Of a stretch of 64,000 nucleotides of DNA, positions 41,926 through 52,516 are shown one piece after another. Every line of letters starts with the position of its first letter. Position 1 is the stretch's first letter. Source of the DNA: Hyphochytrium catenoides (taxonomy: Eukaryota; Protista; Hyphochytriomycota); NCBI GenBank assembly GCA_900088475.1, contig FLMG01002858.1, positions 1 to 64,000 on the forward strand, given 5' to 3'. A program made the position numbers and the translations under genes. Below the pieces are notes generated by a model that was not told the origin of the DNA, searched no databases, and worked only from the letters and a program-made list of their open reading frames with translations.

Positions 41926-42510
41926 CTAGGCTACTACTGTCTTTACAGGGATCCGAATCTCAGTGACGAGCTCCTCTTGGGGAGTGTCAGTGCATGAGTT
42001 ATGATAGAAATCATAGGAGAAGCGTCCAAAATCCGGGGTCCTCATCTTCCCATCGGGCCCCAGTGTGCTTCCTATCAGGCTATACGCGGTTGGCCAGGCA
42101 TTCTTCAGCTGAGAGTATGGGCCTCGGACAGTATAGATTGCATACTCTCCTGGCTCGGCATGATATAGACGGAGGAGCCTCTCACCATGTCCTTCAGGAT
42201 AAGTCTCTTTTGGGTTGTCAGAGGATGCTAGAGCCTCCTTCACTCTGGCAAGGTCAGCGTTTGGTCCTAGCTTAACGGCGGGATCGGCATAGTGCGGCTG
42301 TTCTTTTGGGTCTTGTGTATAAATGTATGCACAGCCTTGTGTCTCTGGCACGACCATTTCCAAGAGATTGAGCTTCTGCAAAAACTCAAAAAGCTTAGGG
42401 TATGACTGTTCCGCTGCCTTGCCAAAGTCCATGTCGACGATTTGCACATGGGCGCCGATAGAATTAAACGCTGGCAGCTGCTTGAACTCGATCGCCATTG
42501 CACTGGTCAT
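41926..42510 (-). CDS. Stand-alone GyrI-like protein, copy B, intronless, 194 aa
   Basis: IEFKQLP...; PGEYAIYTVRGPYSQLKNAW; SYDFYHNSCTDTPQEELVTEIRIPV; colinear paralogue of copy A. Confidence 0.88.
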   Translation of the reverse strand: MTSAMAIEFKQLPAFNSIGAHVQIVDMDFGKAAEQSYPKLFEFLQKLNLLEMVVPETQGCAYIYTQDPKEQPHYADPAVKLGPNADLARVKEALASSDNPKETYPEGHGERLLRLYHAEPGEYAIYTVRGPYSQLKNAWPTAYSLIGSTLGPDGKMRTPDFGRFSYDFYHNSCTDTPQEELVTEIRIPVKTVVA

Positions 42511-45200
42511 TCTTTTTCGTCGTCGATAAAAGAGAAGTAGTAGGCGGAAAGCGCGTCTTGGTTTGGCAAGGTGCGAGCGGCTATTTTAAGCTTAGTGTCT
42601 GTGGAGGAGGAAGCTGATTGACAAGTGGCAAGTTGCAAGCAGTAGGTAGTACGAGAGATACCCATCCAGGATGATGACTGGCAGTAGCAGCCAGTTCTCC
42701 TGAGGGAAGAAGACCAAGAACTAATGAGGAAAGACGATGGAGAGGGAAGAAAGAGAGAGGAAGAAGATCGTGCTACAACGTACTGCGCAGTTGTTGTTAT
42801 CCTCATGACCCACCGTCCTGACAACAGAGAGATGATGCCTCGTCATCTTTTATTTCACTAATGAGACCGGCTCGATTCGGAACAAAATGCATGACTATCC
42901 CTTTTATCATTGATATTGATCAGAACCAAGATCTTTGTAGAGCGGTTGGCGGGATGTCGCTGGCACCTCATCATCGCGCCTTTCTCATTCTTCTTCTGAC
43001 GATTCATTATTCCCCTTTCTTCTTCTTTATTACCGGGGTTGACACGGCCACTCATAGTAAGTGGAAGGCACTTCTTCGTCCCTCATACTGACTTCTTGGC
43101 ATCACTGCTGCTGATAACAGAGGTTGGGCCTTAGGAATAAAGCTGCATAGGAAGTAAATCAAGAGCAGCGTTACTTGTCTTCTCTGGTGGTGCAATGGAT
43201 GAGAGACGTGCTGGATCATCTGATCTTCTTTGTTCTCCAGGCTGCCTTTAACTACTTGGGGAGAGCGTGGCTACTTTGCTGGAAGGAGGAGTGGCTTGTG
43301 CTTGCGGCTTAAAGCGCCCATCGCATATGCTGGTCCACTCCTTCACCACTCTGTGGCATGCTGCTCAATAACAGTCCTTCCTTCTGCTCTACTTATCTAT
43401 GCTATTACTGCGTATAGCTCATCAGACTTTTCCCTCTACTTCTCGCTCCTAGCTTATCCCCTTATATTCCTGAAGGCTCCGTATTGGCCTTTACTCCTCG
43501 CCCCTAGTAAAAGCGTAACACCTTCCTGAAGACAACAGCGTGGTGTGCACAAAGAGGGAGGATGCCCAGTGCGAGCGAGAGGTCTAGTAAAGGTGCAGTA
43601 GTTGTGACGTGGTGAGAAACGCATTACTCATGATGCTTCTTTACTTATCTCGACTTACTATTCCTTCTAAGGTCAGGTTGACCGGCCAGTCAAATTCTTA
43701 TCTTTGGGAATGACAAATGGTGGAGACATACCTCCAATAACTATCATCGTAGTAGGCCTCATCATCATCATGTCCCTCGTTGCCACGTAGAGTAGACTAA
43801 TGACGAAGGGTTCTCAATTTCAACAATCAAGGCCGTAGCTCTCTATGAAAAGCTGTCAAACGAAGCTATGCAGGCTCTCCTCCAATCGACCGTGAACTCG
43901 TGTCCTCCTGTGGGTGAACACTTTTTGCTTTGTTCAAAGTCAGCTCTAACGCCCTTTTTACGTTCTGGTATGAGGTCGAGCGGGGTCGTGTAAGTCTTCT
44001 CGGACTGCGAAAAATTCCTAAGCACAATTATCCTGTCCCGTCTCGACGATATGATGAGAGTGGTCCCATCCATCAAGGACTATGCGAATAAAGTGAGTAG
44101 TGACGCGTCTTTGCCGACAAGAGCCCAGATAGAAGAGAAGAGGTCTACTACTCACAACAGATCATATTCATCATCAGATCACCTACTACTGCTACTACCC
44201 TTTCGGCAGCAGACGGTGGATCATTCTTCCTGATTTGCTTACTTCAACAATAGATTGCTTGTTCTTTTAATCCCCAAACACTCAGGAGGTCTCCTGATGT
44301 CAGCGTCGAGCGCTAGTAGTACGAGGTTGTTAGTTGCTTCCCCTCAAATATCTCACGATGGTTCTTTATCCTGTGGCCTTAGCTCAGATTTCTTAATATT
44401 TGCCTGTGGTAGCACAAATAACGCTTGAGCCGCTCTTTTGCAGCCCTGGTCCAGTTGTTGTCGTCGTGCTAGGCCATGACATTATTCACTGCATGCAATC
44501 CGATTATTATTGTTGAGTAGTACTAGGAGGTGCATGCTGGCACCATCTTCATCCTTCCGATGGCGGCGGCAGTCATCATCACTGCTCCACATGGCTAGTA
44601 GTTACCCTTACTTTAACTAGCTACATCATCTGCTGCTGCAATTACAGGTTTAAGGAGGATCAAGAAGCAAGTAGGCACCACGACGGACGAAGTAAAGAAA
44701 AGAGCGCCGAATGTGGTGATGGTACAAGCATGAGAAGACGGAGCGGCGTGATGATAGATATGATGATAGCTACAAGGAAGGCGGCTTATCGTGGGAGTGA
44801 GGCAGCCGTCAGATTGGGATGGGCGGCGGTGATGGTGCGAAGATCTGACTGTGTCTGCTCTGTTACACGACTTTTCATCACTGATAACAACAACAGTAAT
44901 CTTTCGTCTTCAAGAACTAAACATACAGTAACTTACTCTGGGACGGACGCTTTTTATTTTTCACAGACCCTGTACCCTTCTGGTATCCGTCGCATTTATG
45001 ACGAATCCGCAATCAGCATCAACACATGTTCGGATTTTGTACTCCACTAGATAGATAAGGAATATGTGGCGTATATTCCGGAATCGTTGGATTGTCTCTG
45101 TGGCTGTGGGGCAGTGTGGGTGGTCGGGTCGCCTGCCCCACAGCAACACGTTTGAAGCCTTCCTGAGATGCTTCCTCAGTAAATGACAGAAAGATCTCGT

Positions 45201-45298
45201 CTCTCTCTCCCTCTCTCTCTCTCTCTTTCTCTCTCTGTCTTCTGGTCCTCTGACAGTGTCCCCTCTCCCACAAGCAGGGGCCACTCTTTCTCTCTCTT

Positions 45299-45369
<71 letters not shown>

Positions 45370-45498
45370 CGCTCTCTCTCGCTCGCTCTCTCTCTCCTCT
45401 CGCTCTCTCTCTCGCTCTCTCTTTCCCTCTCTCGCTCTCTCCCTCTCTCGCTCTCTCTCTCGCTTACTCTCTTGCTCTCGCTTGCTCCCTCGCTCTCC
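45201..45498. repeat. (TC)n microsatellite / polypyrimidine tract
   Basis: Direct sequence, ~300 bp. Confidence 0.95.
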
Positions 45499-45937
45499 CA
45501 ACTTCTGCCCTACTCCGTGGTTAAGGTAAAGGTATGTCTCCTTATTCCTGTGCCTTGAATGTACCTTGTTACCTGTCCGAGGCAGGGGGTCAGGTTGTGC
45601 CAGTTCCGGTCCGATCTTCTCTCAGGTGAAGCTGCGCGTCTAAAGAGAGAAGCTTGAGATCTCTTTCTCTTGACCGAAGTGATCGTCAAGCTCAGACAGC
45701 TTTTGTGGCTTCTTCTGACCGGAACAGGAGACGGAAAGAGCGCAGGGTCTCTCCATGCTCCTGGTGTCAACAGCCTAGAGGCTAACGAACAAAAGAACCA
45801 AAGACTACGAAGGTTTTGCCGCACCCGAAGCTCGACCAAAGCCGTAGACAGCTTAAGTTCCAGAAAATCTGTCAAACTCTCCACGGCCGTCAGCGGCAGT
45901 AGCGGTTTTTGGTTCCGAAGATTCTGCTGCTGCCGCT

Positions 45938-48011
45938 ATGAAGATCAGTCAAGAAAGCCATGGGCTCTTACTCCGCAAACCCCTCTCCGGAAGAATTTAC
46001 CTTCTTTCAGAGAAGCTTCCCGAGAAGGCAACGAAGTTAAAGATGCTTCTTGGCCAAATTGGAGAAGAGGTGCGGAGACTGGAGCTCTCACAACGGGTGG
46101 AAGATCAGAGAGGCCAACTAGGGACAGGAAGTTGCTTCTCTGGTCACACCGACGAGCTAATTGGCTCACTTGCGCAGAAGGTGGTGCGAGAAGTGTCACG
46201 TTTACAAGGCTTGTCTTGTGAAGAGAAAGCCCTGATTCCAGCGAGCGAGTTAGATCGCCTCATCGGTACGGTCCACTCCCAGGCTCTTGTCCTAACCGAA
46301 CTGAAGCACCGGTCAGAGGCCCTGTATACGCTACTACTACTCCAGCCGTCACAGCCAAAGTCTGCAGGAGGAGCAAAGGATACAGAAAGTGATAACGATG
46401 CTCATTCCTTTGAACAAGTCGACACTTTCTCTGAGCCTTCCCTCCTAAATTTATCCACAGCCAGTGAACAGATGGAGATGGACTCAGACTTTGGTGATCT
46501 TATACTTCTGCCAAAGACTGAACTTCAGGCTGGACGAACAGTGGGTCAACCTTTGAATGAGGAAGGAGTAGAGAAGGCGGTCGAAAAAGTTATTATTCGC
46601 AACTTAACCAGTCAGGTCCACTATCTCCGGCAGCAGCTAGAAGTCTGTCAACTCGCCCCTGAGAGCCGAGATCAGGAGACCAGCACAGACGACCTTGGAG
46701 CAACTGAGCCAAGAGAGACATCCCTTATGGGTGTGGATGCTGAAAATGAGGTAGATCTTTCTTCTTTATAGATCCAACTCTTGGCATTTCGCTCTATGGG
46801 TCACTGAACAGTCAAGGTTTTTGACGCTGAGCGCAAATGATATCTGTTTGGCCTTGCCTTCTACGTTACAATCCTCTCTCTCTTGATTAACCTCGGCATA
46901 GTTATCTCCTGTCCCTTAGCTCCTATCTCCTTTCTTACTTATTCCTGGCGACCGCGACTTTCCTTACACTCTCTTCCACTAGAAAAACGCAACTTCAGAG
47001 ACCACAGATGTACAACCATTGGGGTCGTCGTCCTATATAGAGGTGAATCCTTCAATGCTAGAGGATCGCGTTGAGGGTAGAGGAGGCGAAGAGACTACAA
47101 GCCAAAGGCTGAAGGACAAAGCTCAACTAAGTGATGAGATAGAAAGACTCTCACGGGTCATCGCTGAACTAGAAATGAAGAGGTCAGATGATGAGTATGA
47201 GCTGTATGTGCTGAGAGACAGGCTGTCGGCAGAGCAGAGCAAGAGCCAGAGCCTGGAGGATGAGCTCTATAGATTTCTCGAGATGGTAAGAGGCATGAAA
47301 GGCACTCAGAGGCGGCACTTATCCGTGCGGAGAGCCGACTAGAGGGACTCACAGCGTTTCTTTATCAGCGTGCCGAGGAGGATACAAGGCACATAGAGCA
47401 AGAGGCAAAGAGATCAAAGTACTACGACCTTGAGTGTGGTCTCTGTGATGTGTCACGTAGGTCACCCATTTAAGCCTTATCACCGCTGTATCTCTGCCTC
47501 TGGCTGAAACCTGCACTCCATGTCTTACAGGGACCTGCCATGGCCCACAAGACCTATACTTCTGGACCACTGACATCCGGTAAGCAGGGAATCACACTTA
47601 TTTGGGCCAAAGAAGGCACTAATGAGGTTAACCCTGCCTTCACCGCCATGTCATTACTGCTCTTTACAGAGTTCTCTCCCCGTGGGCACGCTCATGCATC
47701 CCTTCATCGTCATCCTTCTTGGTAACCCCGTTCCGCATGGCACTAATGTACTTATTCCTCATCCACGCGGGAGGCCTTTACTTCTTCTGCTCGAATTTGC
47801 GAATCATATGAGATTCGTCAGTAGAGTACCCTCGTTCTTGACCCAGAAGAAGGAGCTACTTATGTCTGGTCTGACAACTCATGGGAGGGATGGGAGCTTT
47901 TATGCAGTTCGAATAGCCCCACTCTTTCCACATCCTCTGAAGCGGTTGGCTCCTTCACTTAAGGGGTTGCCCCTTCTCCTCCTGTTAGATAATACCAACG
48001 AGGAGTGCTGA
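45938..48011 (+). CDS. Hypothetical coiled-coil protein, multi-exon (5' end uncertain)
   Basis: The long ORF 45938-46750 splices in phase 0 to the exon at ~46983-47285 (LSDEIERLSRVIAELEMKRSDDEYELYVLRDRLSAEQSKSQSLEDEL, heptad-rich). Short phase-compatible exons then lead to a TGA at 48011. No recognisable domain. Confidence 0.55.
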
Positions 48012-48113
48012 AGGAGCCTGTGAGACAGATAAGCCCTTATATTATTTAATGCTGATACCCCGGAACCTCCCAACTCCATAAGACATCTTACTTTGGCACT
48101 TATCGCACCGCAC

Positions 48114-51100
48114 TCAAGCCCCTCCCATGTTCCTCATATATGAAAGCCTGAAATAAAGAGACCGTCTAGATATGACACCCGTCAGCTTCCCGTNNNNNNN
48201 NNNNNNNNNNNNNNNNNNNNNNNNNNNNNNNNNNNNNNNNNNNNNNNNNNNNNNNNNNNNNNNNNNNNNNNNNNNNNNNNNNNNNNNNNNNNNNNNTTCT
48301 CCTGCTTGACTTCTTCCGGGGCTCCCCGCGCGTTGGGCAGACGGGGTAGTTTCAGCTTCGCGATCGCTTTGAGGTTTATATTATCGATGGTCTCCGTTTG
48401 AACCTCCTTCATCAGCCCACTCTCTGCTTTCTTGCTTGAGGATCTAACGTTCAATCCTAGTATGCCACGCTTCTTAGGCGTCACGATAGGCAAATCTGAA
48501 GACTCCAGATCGATCTCTAGCAGATCTTCTTCTGCATCTTCATCCTCTAGACGAAAGCTCGGCTTCCGGGGCTGTGGCGCTCCTCTCAACCGTGGGGTTA
48601 AGTCTTCCCTGAGACCTGAGAGGTTGTACTTTTCATAAAACGCGAATAGGAAGCCAATGAGATCCTCTCGCTTGACGCAGCCGATGAAGGTCATCGCCAC
48701 CTTGTCGTCCACAATTGGAATGTGGCTAAGATGTGTCGTAGAGAGAAATCGGACTATCTCTGCATATGTGGTCGTCCTAGGTAATACGTCTAATTTACCA
48801 ATCATAAGGTCCTTGGCCATACTTTGATGCTGAGAGTCGAAGCGCAGCTTGGGAAGGTAAGGCAACCCCTTACGCATCAAGATCTGGTCGTAGACAGAGT
48901 GGCTGATGGTCTGAGCGACAGCCATGGAGACAACCGTACCCACCAAGGCCGGGAGGACGAAACGCAGCTGGCCCGTCAACTCCATGGCAATCACTTCGGG
49001 AAGAGACGACAAAGAGGCAGGAGAGAGGAGGTCAACGAGGAGTAGGAGAGCCAAAGTGGTCGTGGTTAGCGTAGGCACCTTCCTATCATAACGAGGGTGG
49101 AGTAAGGAGAAAAGCCGCTTCAAGACCCTAAACATTCCCTCAAATAGCAGAAAGACCAACGAAAGGGACATCGAGAGTGCGCCAACGCAGACAAAAGCAA
49201 AGGAAGCCCTAAAGGTTGCAACAGACAGCAGCAAAGAGAGAAGGAGCAAAGACCGTCGTAGCATACCTGCTGAGGAAAATGCATGGGTCACTGAGCCCAG
49301 CATGGCCGATGCTCCCACAACGGCGTAGCCTCCAGGCAAGATGCCTGCCGTCGGGAATAGCAGACTGATGACCTCCCCAAAGAGGCGTCCCCAGAGAGCG
49401 CCCGTTACAAAGTTGGGGAGAAAGTCTCCCGCTGGAATAGGAAGAGTGACGGACAGTGCGGTTGCAAGGGTTCTTACCACTATTGCTCCGGCCAGCGTTT
49501 GTAAGACCCCATTCTGAGATTTCCCCCAAATGTCCGGAAGCCCGCTCCCGCTAAGTAGTTGGTTTATCGTCTCTTCAAACGAGATCTGCATGTGGGGACC
49601 AGGCAGAAACAGGAGAGACGCTACCACGATGGATATAAAGAGCGGCCAAAGGAGGGGGAACCGATGAAGAATGTGATACTGCAAAGTCCGAGCTTTATCA
49701 GCGAAGTAAATGTAGAATGGGCCAAAGAAACCGAGGACCAAACCCAAAAGGGCAAAGCTGATGAGCTCAATGTTGTTGAAGGAGCTGCTGGGAAAGTTGG
49801 TGGGATAGAGTGTTCGGAAGCTGTCTGCTTCCGCTCTGTGGAGGCTTGCATATAGTTGGGAGACCACTGCTCCCGTGACCGCGGCGAAGAATCCCTTATA
49901 ATAGTTCTAGATTGGCAAAGCAGCACCAGAAGACAAATGATGGTGTAAGGAAGGCAAACTGGACAGAGAGGTAAAACGAGGTAGTTCCACGTACCGAGAC
50001 GAGGTAGAAGGTGCTAGTGACTTCTATGGAAAACAAGACACCGCCAATCGGAGCCTTGAATGCTGAAGAGACCCCAACAGCGCAAGCCGCAATGTAGACC
50101 TGTCGCCTAAGTGTCTCGCTTTCATATAACGTCTTAAAGTAGGCAAGCTTCTTCATCAGCTGGTGTGCGATAACGTTTGATATGTGGACGAACGGGCCTT
50201 CTCTTCCTACGGAGAGACCAGCTCCTAATGCGAGGACTAGTCCTATTGCCTTCGCAAAGAAAGTCCGTCTGCTAAGGTATCTCTCTGGCTCGCGGCGGAC
50301 ATCTCCAGAGAGGATGGCTTTCATCTCAGGAATACCCGATCCAGCTTTATCGGTACCAGACAAAGCGTTAAAGCGGAGGGCGTAGTAGAAGGGTGATATG
50401 TGAGACCACGCAGCTTAAACAAGTTTGGGACATTAAAAAGAACTATTCATTGACGAGACCCATACAGAGAAGCCCACTGTCCCTCTATTTCTCACCTGCC
50501 ATGGGGTCAATGAGATGAGTCCACGCTACAGAGAGCCAACCGACCATCGCAGTGAAGAAGACAAATATAAGATAGCCATAGCCTGTGTATCCTTCAAGGC
50601 TCAGAAGGTAGCTCTTTGCTTGTAGCAGGAGGCTGATCACGTGGTTCGCAAAGTAATCCAGGGTTGCCACTGAGACGGGAGAGCACAGGCAGATAAACAG
50701 GAGACGTGAGGAGGAAAAAGAGGACAAAGTGGAACATTGGACACTTAGCGGCATGCGGGGAAACAGTAGAAGTAAAGCTAGTACCTCCAAAGCCCAGGAG
50801 AAGAAGACAAAGCGTGGTCCGACTCTGCCTCTTGCAGATCGTACTAAAACTTCTCAACGTCAGAACGGGCGGCGCCATGCCAAAGACATTGTCCCAGATA
50901 TCCTGCTGCTGACTGCTTTCCTTCTATTGCCAATGTAGCGCAAGAGCAACCGATAAGTAGAAGAACAACGGTAGCCAACTGCTACATATATCGCGCCCAT
51001 AAGAATAAGGGCGATGGGAGCAGGACCCCTTGAAGCAAGACAGAAGAGTGACGATTGAGGCTATGCGGTCATGGTAACGTACCTCGGTAGCAATATCTAT

Positions 51101-51678
51101 GGCCATCCTCTTAGCCTCCTTAGCCAAATCTAACCGATAGCCGCCATAAAGTGTCCTATGATGCTCCTGCTTCTTCTCTTTCTCACTCTCGTTGGCTTTG
51201 AGAGAATGGATTGAGCTCATAAAAGCAATTATATCGTCATTTTGACCAACAGTGCCTGCATGTGCCAAGAGTGCTTTAGCCTTCCTGGTTGATGAGAAGT
51301 GTCTTCCTTCCTCTCCTCCATTCGTCAAAGTACGAGTTCTTCGATTTCTTCCAAGCCCGACATCTATGCCCCTATTCACTTACTTGACGGCTTCTTATCT
51401 GTGTCCGTCTCTTCCTCCTCCTCGAGCACCGTTGCATACTTCGGCTTCCCTCTAGTACTGGCTTGTCGTGGCGTCACTCTAGGTGAGAGAGCAGAGGGCT
51501 GCAGACGTGGCGGTAGCTGCAGCGCCGGCTTAAATTTGTTTGGCTCCTGCTTGGTGGCTGCCTTGGGTGTGCCCGTCTGTGCTATGGCAGGAGAGGAGGC
51601 ATCTAGGATATCTACGTTGATGCGACCTAGATCCTCACTATCAAGATCCGAAGTAGCGGCCTGATTGGCGCTCATCAT
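48114..51678 (-). CDS. CLC-family chloride channel with two CBS domains
   Basis: Motifs GSGIPE, GREGP, GGVLFSIEV, PAGDFLP, GGYAVVG, ELTGQ and HSVYD. CBS1 is HIPIVDDKVAMTFIGCVKREDL. After the N gap, the CBS2 end GKLTGVISRRSL...MGGA* has its stop at 48114-48116. Confidence 0.93.
48194..48296. other. Assembly gap hiding most of CLC CBS2
   Basis: N run; the reading frame changes across it. Confidence 1.
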
Positions 51679-52232
51679 TGGCAGGCGATAAGGTGTAAAT
51701 ACCCGTTATCGGAGGCTGTGGGGAAACAAGGACTGAGCTGCTCTGGCCAGTGCTCGAAGGGTCAAGGTAGAATATCGGTGAAGAGCTCAATAGATAAAGA
51801 AAGACGCTATAATGAATGCCTGGAAGAGCGAAGTAGTACGTATCAAGGGAACGCTAGTAGAGGAGCTTTTGGTTTATCCATGACAGAGTAAGGCAGGATT
51901 GCGTAGATGGAGATCCTCTTCTTATAAGCAGAGATGAAAAGCAGCGGCCACTGGCAAGAGGCACTTTATGGTCTCCTGGGCTGCATGATCGTCTCGTCTG
52001 TTGCACCTGTAGCCGGTCATGCAGTGGATTGACGAGGACATAAGATCAAGAGCCAGCAAGAGTGGGAACTGTTGGGCAGTAGGGGTCCTTTGAAGATGGT
52101 CGACAAAGGCGAGACAAGCTACAGAGATAAAGGGGAACAAGAGAGAAGACAAATACGAGGAGGGAGAACAGAGATGAAGAGAGAGCAAGAAAGATGTATA
52201 GGCGAAGCGAGCGAGTCGGATACCAAAGAACG

Positions 52233-52516
52233 AAGAGAGAGAGAGAGACAGAGACAGACAGACAGACAGACAGACAGAGAGAGAGCATGAGAGAGCAAGC
52301 GAACGAGGAGGGAGAGAACGAGCGTGCGCGAGAGAGGGGAGGAGCCAGAGAGCGAGACGTAGAAGCAAAGGCAGGGACAAGGGAAAGAGAGAGAGAGAGA
52401 GGTCAATGCGAATGCTGGGTGTGGCAGGTACCGTTGGGGAGGCCAGCGGCCTGGCCTGGGCCTCTGGCCTCAAGGTCCTCCTCCTCCTCCTCCAGCAGCA
52501 GCAGCAGCAGCAGCAG
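52233..52516. repeat. Compound microsatellites (AG)n, (AGAC)n, (TCC)n, (CAG)n
   Basis: Direct sequence. Confidence 0.9.

Noticed and set aside
44052-44090. ATGATGA C-box-like motif with weak antisense resemblance to 5S rRNA
   Set aside because: No nearby D box, and the similarity does not extend
45655-45657. In-frame TGA within a plausible-looking reading (GEAARLKREA*DLFLLTEVIVK): possible recoding or selenocysteine
   Set aside because: TGA acts as a normal stop in the CLC, WS/DGAT and zinc-finger genes, and Trp is TGG in the conserved motifs I traced. There is no homology or SECIS evidence, and the region is probably UTR or intron.
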